Counted from the first letter of the whole stretch, positions 49,801 through 63,572 are shown. The stretch: DNA of 63,572 nt, filler included, from Platydemus manokwari (GCA_037951405.1; 5 parts of 5 records of this genome joined end to end with filler, not necessarily neighbours in it); one strand, 5' to 3'. The notes: generated by a model not told the origin, from the letters alone. Program-made: numbers and translations.

Positions 49801-50991
49801 AGTAAGTAATTCAGAAGATTGCTTTTGATAGAGACTGTATTGTCAGGAACTAATTGGATTGTCGACTGAGTATTGAGATTTGTTTGAATGTTATGCTGAT
49901 TTGTGTGGGCTTGTACGAATGATTCTTTGAAAATCGGCACTTTGGCCGACACGACAGGGTTAAATTTTTCCAATGAATTCGACATCATTGCCGGTTTTTG
50001 ATCGACTGGATTTAATTCTGATGTCGTATTTGGAGTTTTCGATGGAGTTTTTTGTGAACGATGCTTACTAAGATCGGTTTGCAAATCGGTATCGATAATC
50101 AATTTTGAGCAGATATCATTTTCCGGTAATTCAAATTTCACAGTGGACGATTCTGTGAATGGGGAAGGAGAATAAATATTCATGCGATTTAAATGATCAC
50201 ATAAGTTAGGATATAAAAATATCAATTCAATCGTTAACTTATTGTTGTGCGTTTGATGTAGCTGTGTGTAAAATCAATATAAGCGATACGATAAAGAGAA
50301 TCAATAATTTAATTCAAAACTAGGCTGGCTGCGATGATACATATGTATAGGCAAATCACATCTCTGTGCATTCAAACTACGATTGTTTGTGTGCTTCATT
50401 CAATTTTCGAAGGCGTGTGTCTCACTGAGATGTGTGCATAGTTTAAGTAACTATTGATTTTGTATGATGTTAATAATATCTGAATTAACCTGTCCAATCA
50501 GAATGAAGTATTCTTAATCAATAATTGGTTTCTTTGTGTCTCATTGACAACCAAATAATTAATTAAAAAAATTAATTTAATAATTAATAAATATAAAAAA
50601 TAATTATTGATTTACCTTGAGATAACTTCGATCCACTTGAAGCATTCAGGAAAGCTTTCGCAAGTATCTTCTGTTCGAGTTCTTTGATTTTAGATTCATA
50701 CTCTTCAACGGATTTAAAACTCTTCATTTTTTCTTCTTTCGTTGACCAAGGAAAAATTGTGGGCATGTAATCGATATGGCCAGAATCAAGATTCGGTTTG
50801 CCAGTAGCAAAATGCGAATTACAAATGCGAGAATTCGACGAAACTGTCCCGTACTTAATTCGATCGCCAATTTGATTAAGCCAGAGTTGTTTGCGATCAC
50901 TGTTTTGTGGTAAACGATAAAATATTTTCCGTTTCTTGGAATTGACGGATTCGGATTCACAATTGAGAATGCAACAAAACAAAGTTGGCAT
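45500..50991 (-). CDS. THAP zinc finger + CRC (tesmin/LIN-54-like) DNA-binding protein with C-terminal coiled coil; 7 exons, 972 aa
   Basis: Exons 50991-50616, 50152-49643, 49049-48711, 48164-48079, 48026-47938, 47879-47750, 46888-45500 (2919 nt). All GT-AG, intron phases 1,1,1,0,2,0, no internal stop. Unifies ORF-track entries 50584-51078, 49623-50225, 48505-49065 and 45500-46852. Confidence 0.72.
47938..49049 (-). other. lin-54-like: CRC domain (two CXC repeats, tesmin/TSO1/LIN-54 family) spread over three exons
   Basis: [33 protein letters not shown], linker [11 protein letters not shown], then [22 protein letters not shown]|[16 protein letters not shown]. Confidence 0.95.
50616..50991 (-). 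other. THAP (C2CH) zinc-finger exon followed by a short coiled coil
   Basis: [34 protein letters not shown] has the invariant C, C, P, W, C, H, F, P and an AVPTIF-like box. It is followed by [20 protein letters not shown] and the donor CAAG|gtaaat. Confidence 0.93.
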
Positions 50992-53707
50992 GGCAATAAA
51001 ATAAATCAGTATACTGTGTTGGTGAATTTGAAATTGAAATTTATGAAAGAGCCAGTACACGCGCTCTCCAAATGACACTGGAGAGTGATGAATAATCGAT
51101 TCTTTATCACTGGCAAAATATTAGGCAACAAAATCACTCTATCTGCCTATCAAGCTTATCGATTAACAATGAGGTAGAGAATCAATACTGTAACTATGTG
51201 CCGGGCTGTGTGTTCGCCTATTGGCTGCAGTCATTAGCTAGACGATGGCTGGATAGATATATAACGATTCAACCAGCGTATTAGCTCTATACACACACAA
51301 ACAACCTCTAATTTGAATAGTATCGATCGACAGTAGATTCATATTAGTGTGGCTAACCCGGCCTGCGGTGAGACTACACTTGTACTGCATGCACACAGCT
51401 TTTTGTTTAATTTTTTTCAATTCAGTCTTTTGATAACGGCCTGCTTTTTGAAAATTTGCAAAGGTTGAGCAAGTCTCAAAAAATCGAGGATATCATGAAA
51501 AATTGTTATTGATTTATTTGAAAAAAAATTTAATTTTTTCATGACTAAGTGTGTATCAAATGTGTGTTTCACAGCGACAATATTATGAAATATAATTTTT
51601 TAGCATTAATAAATTTATAATCACACAAATATAATTTTAATTGATTATTTCAAATGCTATATATGTGTGTGTTGTATTAATTGATATATGTGCTACTATC
51701 GATTGAATTTCACGTCCGTGTTCAAAATAATCAAATCTAAACATAATAAATATTGATTAAATTTTTCATGATCGCATTTTTCTTAATTTTAATTCTTCGT
51801 AAAGGAGAAAAAATTATTTCTTAGTTGTTTTTTATTTTTGTTTTTAATCTAGATAAGGAATAATCGATTTTAGTTTTCTTCAGTCGATACCGTGACAGAC
51901 TAATATGTTACAGATATACGCACACACATACTGATGCCAGTTGGCGATGGACTGACTACTTTGAACATCGCAATCAGCAATCCTCGGGGGCCAAAAATCA
52001 ATATGCTATCGACACATTAGACTGGCTCATTCGAATTGGAGAGGGAAAATAATATCGATCGAATTTCTGACTTAATTAGAGTTCAGGGAAAATATTTAAA
52101 GTGAAATTGTTAATTCTATTAATTCGATGGGCTGGCAAATCGTATTTGGAGTGATGAATTTACCATTTGTCATAATGTTGGGGTTATTTTTTTTCCAACA
52201 TTTTCACTTATAATCGTTGCGTAGATTGATGCGTAATTGATTAGGAAAAAAAAATTAAACCCATTAACATCAAAATCATGAAGTATGTCGATCGATTTTT
52301 CCATAATTTTTCATTGAAATATTAGGGGAAAAAAGTCTGAAAATTTTCTTGTGTTTCCGTCTCGTAGAGAAAATTATTTGAAGATTTTCGTTTTGGACAT
52401 TTTATAAAATTGATTTTTATCATAGCAAAACGTTAAAGCAATACAAGAAATGATCACAGAAAATTAGTTTACAAAAATAATTCATTCCGATTTAAACAAA
52501 CGCATTTTATTTATTAAAACAATATTTCGAAATTATTATCGATCGATTGTTTACAATTGCAATATTTGGGCTCGTTAGACTTGCTCAGTGTTAAAATTTT
52601 TAAGAAATTATTGATTGATATTAAATAGAAAATCGATAATTCTCCAATAATACTTTTAATCGATATATATTATTTGATATCGGATTTTTGTGAATGGAAA
52701 CATTTTTCAGCATTTCATAAACAAAGCGTTTTGCGAAACATCATCAGCTGCTGTGTGTGTAACAAACAATTTTCATCAAAACGTTTCGTTCCCAGTTTGA
52801 TTTGAATTGAATTGATCATTAATTGACGTTGACTGTTGCTAGAAATCTCATTTCCCAGATCGATTATCATTTTTCGACAGTTTCCAGTCTGAGATATTGG
52901 ATATTTTGCTGGAAAAATTTACCCAACATCATTCCGAATTTATCCAATTATCAATTTTCATCGATATCCGCTAAATTGTTATCAATTGAGTTGTATTGAT
53001 TGTATATCGATGGAATATCGAAATAATTCGATAATACCAATATATGAACGATAATTTGACAATACTAATCAATATGAGTGTTTGTGAATGATATTTAAGC
53101 AATAACCACTCACATGGATGATTATTAGACAATACCAATCAATAATGATTGAACTGCTATGTTGAATTGATTCTTAGAAGTATTAGATTAGATATCTGAA
53201 AAACTGAAGACGTATTACAAATAGCATAGTAATGATTATATATACAAGACTAGACGATAATTGAAAATTTAATTTAGGTTTTTTAACGGAGTTAGACATT
53301 ATGATTTTTCTAGTTTCAAATCGCCATGGCAACACTGACCAATATGAACCAACATTGTACTTTAGAACTATAAATAATCAATATTTTATTAACTCTAGCT
53401 ATATTATGAAAGGTTATGGCAGACATAGAATATATTTTTTTATTTAACAAATGTAGAACTCGCTCATCTATGAAATATCTTTCAGATATTCACCCATTTA
53501 ATATGGTTTTGTTTAAACTAATGGATGGACAGAAAAGCCGATTTAATGAGTTGCAATTTTCTTCTTTATGGTGAAATCAATGGCATTGGAAGAATTTGAA
53601 AGTCAAATTTGAGACATTATTTTTCGGTCCCGTAAGAATGTTTATAGATATGCGATATATGCGTTCTTGGAAAGTTTAAATTAGAATATCTTGTGAGGTT
53701 TCCAAAA

Positions 53708-54105
53708 TGTTGGGATAACATGGAACGTCTTGTGCTCTATTCAGATAGTGAAGAGAGCGAGGACGAAAAAATCCCATATACTATTAAAACATGCAGTGAG
53801 TGGAGACAGCAATAACAGCTGTCCCAAAAACAACACAAGCCCTCACAAAGTTCACAACTATCAACGAGCGTTGATGAGTCCAAAAGACCAGAGTTCAAAC
53901 GACCAAAAACACCCCCAAGACAGAAACCGGAAAGACCCGGAACACCAACATTAAATCTGCGACAATAGTAATGAAATCAGGGGAAACTTGGGCTACCCGA
54001 AGCTGAAGCGTGGATTTAAACGCTTGATTTAAACCATCTGCAAATTCAAGGAGTCAAATCCCAATCCAATCAATCCAATATTTTGACTTGATGTGATCCT
54101 AATTT
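53708..54105. repeat. Possible solo-LTR-like insertion
   Basis: Begins TGTTGGG like family B and is locally GC-richer with strong strand skew. No second copy in the window. Confidence 0.3.
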
Positions 54106-54357
54106 TTAGCTGATATTTTATAATTAATGAACATTTTTGATCTAACATTAATGAACATTTTTGTAATTTATTATTTTTATCGTGAACATTTTGTGATTTT
54201 GAATATCTTGTAATTATCTTGATTTCGATAATGAATTATGATTTGTTTTTCGAGGAAAGAAAAATAAATTGATATATATATATATACCAGGTTGAGTCAA
54301 AAGTTATTCATGTTTTTATGCAGGTATTTTATTAACACAAATTGTTATAACGCTGAA

Positions 54358-54457
54358 NNNNNNNNNNNNNNNNNNNNNNNNNNNNNNNNNNNNNNNNNNN
54401 NTTAATTAATTAANNNNNNNNNNNNNNNNNNNNNNNNNNNNNNNNNNNNNNNNNNNN
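54358..54457. other. Artificial contig joiner
   Basis: 44N + TTAATTAATTAA (54402-54413) + 44N. Confidence 0.95.
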
Positions 54458-54645
54458 CAATATTATTATTATTATCATTATTATTATTAACAATATTATT
54501 ATTATTATTATTTACAATATTATTATCATTATAATTATTAAAATTATTGTCATTATTTTTACGTTTATTATCATCATTATCATTATTATTATAATTATTA
54601 TTATCATATCATTATTAGTGCAATAATTTTAAATATTATTGTTAT
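54458..54645 (+). repeat. Degenerate (ATT/ATC)n tract
   Basis: caatattattattattatcattattatt... Confidence 0.75.
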
Positions 54646-54691
54646 CATTCCTCGAAACCAAATTCATAATTCATATATATTTATCATTAAG

Positions 54692-55123
54692 GAATTGGAT
54701 GCATTAATCGAATGTAATCGCCTCTGTCACAGAATGCTTTGCGAATATCTCGATTTAGATGATTTTGGTAATTTATTACGAGAAGCCAATCATAGCGTAA
54801 AGTCACATCTTGGATGTATTTCTCAACATGTTTTCTGGGAAGTTAATTATGATCTTTCACATAATTATTGTTATAATGATTCCACAAATCGATTTGTTCT
54901 CACTGCTGTTCCTTTTGGTGAAAAATTGCTCAGAGATAATCCTCCAGTTGTTGGAACAGAATACATATGGGGCAGCAAGAGCTTGAATACATGTTATGAA
55001 AATATATTCCGATTATATAAAGGATTTGTGGGAAATGTTCATTTCCGTGTCATTTGTCGGCTGTTAGGATATCAAGGAATTTATATTGTTGTTGCAGAAT
55101 TGATGAAGATTTGTGATTCGATG
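54692..55123 (+). CDS. CYFIP: Internal exon of CYFIP/Sra-1 (WAVE regulatory complex subunit); partial gene
   Basis: ttaAG|GAA..ATG|gtaaaa, 144 codons: ELDALIECNRLCHRMLCEYLDLDDF..LREANHSV..HVFWEVNYD..NYCYNDSTNRFV..YIWGSKSLN..GFVGNVHFRVICRLLGYQGI. Confidence 0.93.
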
Positions 55124-55206
55124 GTAAAATTGGATTATTTTTTCAATGATTTTATTGTTAAATTACAACAACAATGAGTTATTGGTGGGCATCATTTCTC
55201 TATATG

Positions 55207-55405
55207 NNNNNNNNNNNNNNNNNNNNNNNNNNNNNNNNNNNNNNNNNNNNNNNNNNNNNNNNNNNNNNNNNNNNNNNNNNNNNNNNNNNNNNNNNNNNNN
55301 NNNNNNNNNNNNNNNNNNNNNNNNNNNNNNNNNNNNNNNNNNNNNNNNNNNNNNNNNNNNNNNNNNNNNNNNNNNNNNNNNNNNNNNNNNNNNNNNNNNN
55401 NNNNN
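55207..55405. other. Scaffold gap (199 N)
   Basis: Run of N without the linker; the X-filled ORFs here are artefacts. Confidence 0.95.
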
Positions 55406-56669
55406 TTGGTAAATTTGAAATATCAATTGATTCAAAAATTTTAAAACTTAAACCGGACAATTTATCGAATTTATATTGATCAATAATTCTTTCAATGAAA
55501 TCAATTGATTGTTTTAATAAACATTTTTTAAAATTTTATTTGTTCATTTATAATCATTAAATGATATTTGCCATTCACAGATTATTTATAAAATGATAAA
55601 TATATATAATATAATAATAATATATAATCAAATATTAATTTATATATTATATTAATGAGATTGCCTTATATTTCTGCGATGGAAAATCTGGAAATCTGTG
55701 AAAATTATTTCTGATTAATCTTCAAGCAATGATAGGAAATAATTATTTACAGCGAATATAAGTTTTCTTTTATTTCCATATCATGGCAAACGTTGATTGA
55801 TTGTAGAAGAATTTCTGTCGAAGCATAATTTATATGATATAAAATAGAAATATAAAACAAACACAATTCTTAATAGTATCGTGTTTTATTGTACTTATAT
55901 ATTAATGACAATCGATAGTTGTTCATATTCGCGGAATGCATCGAGTTCGTTAGTCAAATAGCCGAACAACAAATTTCTTTTTATTTCTTTTTGAATGCCA
56001 ATATCGACCAAAAAATCCAATTCGTTTTTAAATTGTAAATATCTGATAGAAGCTGACAAATTTATCAGTAGTATAAGTTTCGATAATTTTAAATATTCAC
56101 GGTTATTGGAAAATGAAGCTGTGAAATCATAAATTGTTCTATATTTCCAACAGCTTCCGAACCTGTTTAACAGACCTGAATTCAATTTTCAGATAGCTTT
56201 ATTTCCTGTTCTGATTTCTAACGGTGTTATTTTATATTACTATGAAGTAAAAGATTATTCTGACAATATCTAGCGGCATTGTAAAGATAAATATATTTGA
56301 TTATTATTATAAATATATAATGTAACAAGTATCGTAAATTGATCACGCATGTCAAAGCACGTACTTATTTCTTTATGAGAAAGATTCCACTATAGAGTGC
56401 CGCATCCGCTTTGAAACACCAAGTGCCGATGAAGTCGATCTCATTCAATTTTGTATATGTCGCCAAATTATTCTCCATGTTTTTAACTCACTCGTCAAAA
56501 ATTTGTTCATCAATAAATAATTCATAAACTTTTATTATATCTCATATTATTTTATGGTTGCAAAAAAAAACAAATTGTTTCGACAACTTGTTGTGTCATC
56601 CACCGTCACATTTCCAATAATGAGATCCACCACGCAGGTACCCGAAATTAATTAACCGTTTTTCACTGA

Positions 56670-58119
<1,450 letters not shown>

Positions 58120-60990
58120 TTCATTGTTCCTTTAACTCTTGCTAGTTGTGAATAAATATCCTCCCCCTTTGTGTTTTGATTTGTTTTATTGTTTCAAGCG
58201 ATTGTTTATCGATTGTCTCCATTGATATTATGTTTTAATTCTGCTTCCAAATCACGATGAACTGGGACGGTCTGCAAAAGCGCTTGACAATAAAATCCTG
58301 TTTTTACTGAGGATTTTATCGTTAATTAATCCCAAATCATCTCTCCGATTTTATCTATAATACACGGTCAGTGTTTTAATCGACACCCTTTCGATTTCAT
58401 TTATATAAAGATTATAATTAATAGTTATATCTCATTTATAATATTATAATTATTATTTATTAGATTATCGTTAGTATTTATCTTACGTTCTCGTTTCATT
58501 GGTTAATATAACTATAAACGAATCCTAATCCAAAGGCTAACTATAATTAAAATGATTTAAATTCCATCTATAAATACACAACTCGTAAGAATACTCTATC
58601 TCAGGTGGTAAATATTCTGTATCCGATTTCAAATCATATAATTTACCAAATAGATGATCATGTTTTCTATATTGAATAATACTATCAATGTTATTAACGA
58701 GACTCAACGAAAATCAATACATGAAATAATCATAAATAAGATCAGGGAACAAAAGTCTGTATTTACTATATTATAGTAAGTTTATTAAGCTGTAATGATA
58801 CAAATTCAATAGACAGAAAATGTGCTACATTCTGTAGAACAAAAATGCGTTGCTAATGACCGAGCATTAGTACCCATGTAAAAATTAGGAAAATAATAAG
58901 TAACTTAATCTTAGTAATTAAAATAGATGTCGGTTTGTATAAATCTAGCCTATTTCTCAAAATTTTAAAAAAAATATGGTCCAAAAGCTTGATTTTGCCT
59001 GATAGTTTCACGATCTAAGGAACGAGCGTTGACTGGTACTCTACTTAGATAGTGAGGGCATTCATAGTATACCAGAAATCGAGAAAATACCCATGAACAC
59101 TAAACTATATGAATCTTGGAAAAATAGAATGCCGAGACAGAGGCGAGAAGATACACAACTACGTCAAAGATATATGGATTGACGAGTAAAGAACCTGACA
59201 GTGAAAGGAAGAGTCACAACAACTGCCAACAATGGCCCGGTCTGAAAAAAGGCTTCTTCGAATTCCAATTCAACCAAGATCTATCCAATCCAAAATTATT
59301 AATGAATACTATTGGATAAAAAATTATTTAACTCATGAAACCTATAAAGCTAATAGTCTTTTGGGTGTTATTATAAGTTCTTGCGTTTTCATCAAGATCA
59401 TTATATTCACTGTTGCAATATCTATTGCTTGAGTTATACAGAATGTACAATGAATTTTCTCACTTGGTGCTGAACGACTTTGTTTCTAGGTCCGATTGAT
59501 ATTGTTCCAGCTAACCAGAGAGAAAACTTTTCTTTTATCGACTTGTTATTTTCGAGTGATTCACTATGTGTTTGGGGCCTTATAATAAAGCGAGGCTCAA
59601 AAAACGAGTTAAGACAAAGGTCAACTATAAACTTTAAAAAGTTTTTAGAGGAAATTTTTTCAATATTATTTCTAGTAAATGTTATTATAAAGTCTACCAA
59701 GAGGTCAAATTTGCTGAAATAATTATTACATTAAGTAGCACATCTTGCCAAGTAACCACAAATAATTTAATACTTCAAATATATCCCACTCGATTTATAA
59801 GAAAGTTTGTGAATTTATTAAAATTCCCACGTTTATCATACTGATATAATATTTAAGAGATTTCTTGTGTAGCTCAACAAGAAGACTTACAAACATATTG
59901 CTTAAAAAACTCTCTTATAAATAAAAGAGGAGAAGGATTTATTATTCTAAGATTTTCTACTAATTTTAAATAACCGCCAGATTTCCAAAATAACCGAAAA
60001 TAAAATCAAGTGCCAAAATTACTCACAAAGGAACGTTTACTTAATAAATTAATTATCTTCTGTAGGAAAGACCAATAATAATTCTTTTTTCTTCACAATA
60101 ACGTTGAAAAATTCAAAAATCTCGTTAATAATTAAATAAATAATATGGTAAAATTTGAGTGTGAAAAAGACTTTTCAATGAGAATTATTTTTTGAATCCG
60201 TGTTTTGAGTGCGAATGACTAAATGATGAAGTAATGTGCATATATTGATAAACCAAGTAACCCTCTCTGTTTTTGGTCATCAGTTGTCATTTTACTGGCT
60301 CTAAAAAAACCCAATGACTTATTTATTTCAAAAACAATTTGTTTTAGAATAAGTTCTTTTGTTTTTCATCTTTGTCTTTTACTCATTTTTATTAATTTAT
60401 CTCGTTAATAATAATTTACATTTTAGATTATCTGGAATCTCTGGAATTCAACATATCCACCAAAACGATCTTGAAATATTAAATAATTAAAATTGATAAA
60501 AATCACAACATTAACAATGAGCTTACTTAAATCATATTTATTTTATTTGCTTTCATTGGCTATTTACGTGTATTCTTTTATTCATCGGCTACATTATTTA
60601 CACTTACAGCATTAAGAACTGGGTTCTAATTAAGTTGAAAAACAAAAATTGCTGATAACGTTTTGAGGATTTTAATGTCTTTTTGATAAAAATTTTAAAT
60701 AATAAAATCGGTTTTCAATGAAAAATGCAGTCTTAATTATTCTATTTTATCAATTTTCGTAAAGGAATTTTTAGAACAAAATTTCATTTAATTATAAATA
60801 AATATTTTAGCGTTACATAGGTATAGTTTCGCGAGGTATTTGACCATATTCCATCGGTAACTTGAATCTTTTGTTGTTAAGCATAAAAATATCATTACTA
60901 GTGTTGAGTCAAGATAAAATCAGAAAAAATAAAAAGTGTTTATGCATCTTAAAATCTTTATTTCGGTGATTTAAGTATATGCATGCCTAT

Positions 60991-61500
60991 TGTTGGGTTA
61001 TCAATCAGGAATTTAGATCTGAAAGAAAATCTCAACAACAACAAATCTTTAAGCAATTCACAAAGAAAATCACTCAAGACAAGATCAGCGCCCAAAAGTC
61101 AAAAACAGAATGAAGAGTAATCAAAAAGACTGATTACTAAAACCACACATAAGCTAAGCACCAAAAAATACTGTCAGAAATCCATAGAACTCAATCTCCT
61201 TTATAGACCTATTGGGTGTGTCTGCTTGATGTCACGGATTTTCGTTTTCAATTTTCTGAATTTGTTTGTAGATCGATTTATTTGAGATTTGTCTTACATC
61301 TCTCGTGCTATTGGTGGAAATTTGAGCCTGCTGTCATTTGTAGGTATGTGACCATCGATTCTTAGCTTCTAAATATGGATTAATATTAGTATGAATCTGA
61401 TTGATTAACGGCACGTTTGTTTATCGGGTTTGTGAGTACTGACCCTTCATGGAGTTCTTTCCTTGGTTCTTGTGACCATTTTTATTGGTTTGTGATAATT
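60991..61500 (-). repeat. Solo-LTR-like dispersed repeat, family B (copy 2)
   Basis: Reverse complement matches 18370-18750 and ends ...CCCAACA, the inverted partner of the TGTTGGG start of copy 1. Confidence 0.7.
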
Positions 61501-61509
61501 ATCTACACT

Positions 61510-61840
61510 ATACAACCATGCAGGCATAGCAACCATAAAATCAGAGAGGATTTATATGGAAGATTCTGGTTTAGGAATTGTATATGACTGCACAATAACA
61601 CACCTAGAGATTAACCAATCCCGATCACACAAAGTCAATAAATTCAATTAAAACTTGAAAAATAAATAATCAAATCAAAACTGATATAAAGATGTCCAAC
61701 TGCCACTAATATGGCATTTTTTATGTTTGATAAATTGAGTATTTTGGATGAATTAGAGAATTGTTTATGTACGCACTAATTAGTACGATTGAGTGAAATA
61801 TAAATTGTAACTTGCTCCTTTGTTGATTTGTCCCTCCAAC
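61510..61840 (+). repeat. LTR-like dispersed repeat, family A (copy 2)
   Basis: Matches 9880-10217 and ends ccaaca. Confidence 0.6.
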
Positions 61841-62640
61841 AAATTTATCGAGTTTCATCATCATTTGTCCTATAGTATGAGAACTTGTTTGGTTCCACGA
61901 CCTTATGTCTCTCAAATATATGCTGTTTCTGTGACGATCGTGAGTTGAAAACAATTTTGTTAATTTTTGGAAATGAAATTGTCCGTCTCGTTACATGTGA
62001 GTAATTTTAATTGTTCAGAAATTATATTTCAAAATGTTGTGTATCTTAGATAAAAGTAAAAGAAAATCAATATTTTATTCACATTTAGTTCAAGATAATA
62101 TGAAACATCTATAAATGGTGTTGATGGTTAATTAGCTGAAGAGTTCAGGGGAAAAATCAATGTATTCACAAAACTAGGACAAATGTCTGTTAGTTAATAA
62201 TATAGTTCTGTTTTGTTGACGGAGATGTAACGGGTTGATTACAAATATCAATGCCGCTCCAATTTTCCAGATGTTAAAAGAAATACAATAATTTCTCTTG
62301 GAAATTGGAATTTTCTCCTATTATTTTACATTAAAACTTTAATAATTGCTTCAAGTTTTATTGGGAGGAAGCGCTTCAATGGTAATTGATTTTCTTATGG
62401 AACTGGAAAAGAAATAACATAACAGAATGAATTATGAGTTCATATATCGATTATTATTTTAATATTATTATTGTAAATATTACGATAATCATTATAATTA
62501 TTGTTATTATTATTTTTGCTGTTATAATTTTTATCACAATTATTCTCATTTATAATTTTTTTTATCGTTATATTTTAATAATTATAATAATTAATGATGA
62601 TTTTATTCATATCATCATACGATAATTACTGTTATTAATA

Positions 62641-62642
<2 letters not shown>

Positions 62643-62720
<78 letters not shown>
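62643..62720 (+). repeat. Perfect (ATT)n microsatellite (~26 units) at the end of a degenerate ATT tract starting ~62455
   Basis: Direct observation; the tract explains the poly-Ile ORF 62434-62625. Confidence 0.95.
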
Positions 62721-62921
62721 TTATATCATCAAAGACATATAATGTAGTATTATTAATATATACATTTTTAAATTTTGATTTCACTTAAATAAATTTTCAA
62801 GAATTGCTCAGTTTATGTTTCGATATATTTCCAATTACATTATATTATATTTATTTGATAAACATTAAAAAACATTTGAAAATATCATTAAAATAAAGGA
62901 TTAAAAGTGTAAATGTATTAG

Positions 62922-63315
62922 TTCCGACATCTTCAACAACAAATTTCATATCAAGTACATTTACGTCGACATCTCAAAGTAAGTTTTAATGTAGTAAAAT
63001 TATTATATTTATTGTTTATTTTTGGTTTTCTTGAGCTTATTTTTAAATCTTTTGTACATGCTGATATATATATATATATTTAAATTTCTGTAATGGTTAA
63101 AGTTTTTGGAAAATGATATCTTAACTTGAAATAGATTGAATAATATTTCATATAAATGATAAATATAAAATGATTATGATAAGGAATTAGTAAAACAAAT
63201 TATTCCCTTATGTTTGCATTAGCTTACACATCATCAACAACAAACACGATAACAACAACAAACTCCATATCAACAACAAACTCCATAACAACAATAATAA
63301 ATTCATCTACACAAA
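62922..63315 (+). CDS. Two tandem symmetric phase-1 exons encoding Thr/Ser-rich mucin-like segments; partial gene
   Basis: Exon 62922-62978 (57 nt, PTSSTTNFISSTFTSTSQ) and exon 63223-63315 (93 nt, YTSSTTNTITTTNSISTTNSITTIINSSTQ). Both follow attAG|...CAAA|GTAAGTTT..atgtagt. Confidence 0.6.
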
Positions 63316-63572
63316 GTAAGTTTGGATGTAGTGTATAAATGATCATTTATATTTTAATTAATTGCTTTTTTCTTTCGCTTCTTAGTGAGATTCGTGCCAA
63401 TGATTATTTAGATTTAGAAAAAAGTTTTTTTATGAAGTTCAAGTGTATATTGATAAAGTGTATAAATGTAAATAAATAATCATTTTCCCTTCAAATAATC
63501 TTTTATTCGATAATCTATACAAAATTATGAGCAGTCTTATTCATTAAAACAAGCAGCTGTATAAATATTTTG

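Noticed and set aside
51435-51455. CHR-like TTTGAA next to a GC patch upstream of the THAP-CRC gene (autoregulation)
   Set aside because: TTTGAA is very frequent in this AT-rich DNA and the TSS is unknown.
51900-52060. GC-richer stretch as a possible first exon of Su(H)
   Set aside because: No CSL similarity, no clean ATG or donor, and it is separated from Su(H) by a contig pad.
55146-55479. Four ORFs spanning the N gap
   Set aside because: Artefacts of untranslatable N.
59250-59760. Minus-strand 'IDIATVNIMIL' suggesting a piggyBac remnant
   Set aside because: A single weak motif with no catalytic motifs or TIRs.
62434-62625. Ile-rich 'membrane' ORF, also 2819-3046 and 32838-33026
   Set aside because: Translations of (ATT)n microsatellite tracts.

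Overview
Very AT-rich, intron-containing animal DNA; a planarian-type flatworm is my inference from composition, 42-60 nt minimal introns and (ATT)n tracts. The window has five pieces joined by artificial 100-nt pads (44N-TTAATTAATTAA-44N) plus one 199-N gap, so order across the pads is unreliable. Genes: a complete 16-exon Na+/K+-ATPase alpha subunit (24195-32854, +, 1022 aa), an intronless Dcp2-like Nudix decapping enzyme (38011-38712), an intronless 621-aa orphan multi-pass membrane protein (20905-22770), one CYFIP exon, and the three 3' exons of Su(H)/RBP-J. Main result: a 7-exon minus-strand model (50991-45500, 972 aa) joins four separately listed ORFs in phase into one protein: THAP zinc finger, tandem CXC/CRC (LIN-54/tesmin-type) domain, basic NLS-like patch, long S/T/P/Q region, C-terminal coiled coil. 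The rest is decayed mobile DNA: a NeSL/R5-type non-LTR element, two Ty3/Gypsy remnants, a probable hAT fossil and LTR-like dispersed repeats. Two tandem symmetric Thr/Ser-rich exons lie at the right end. No rRNA, tRNA or CRISPR was recognised. All gene models were read by eye and lack transcript support.
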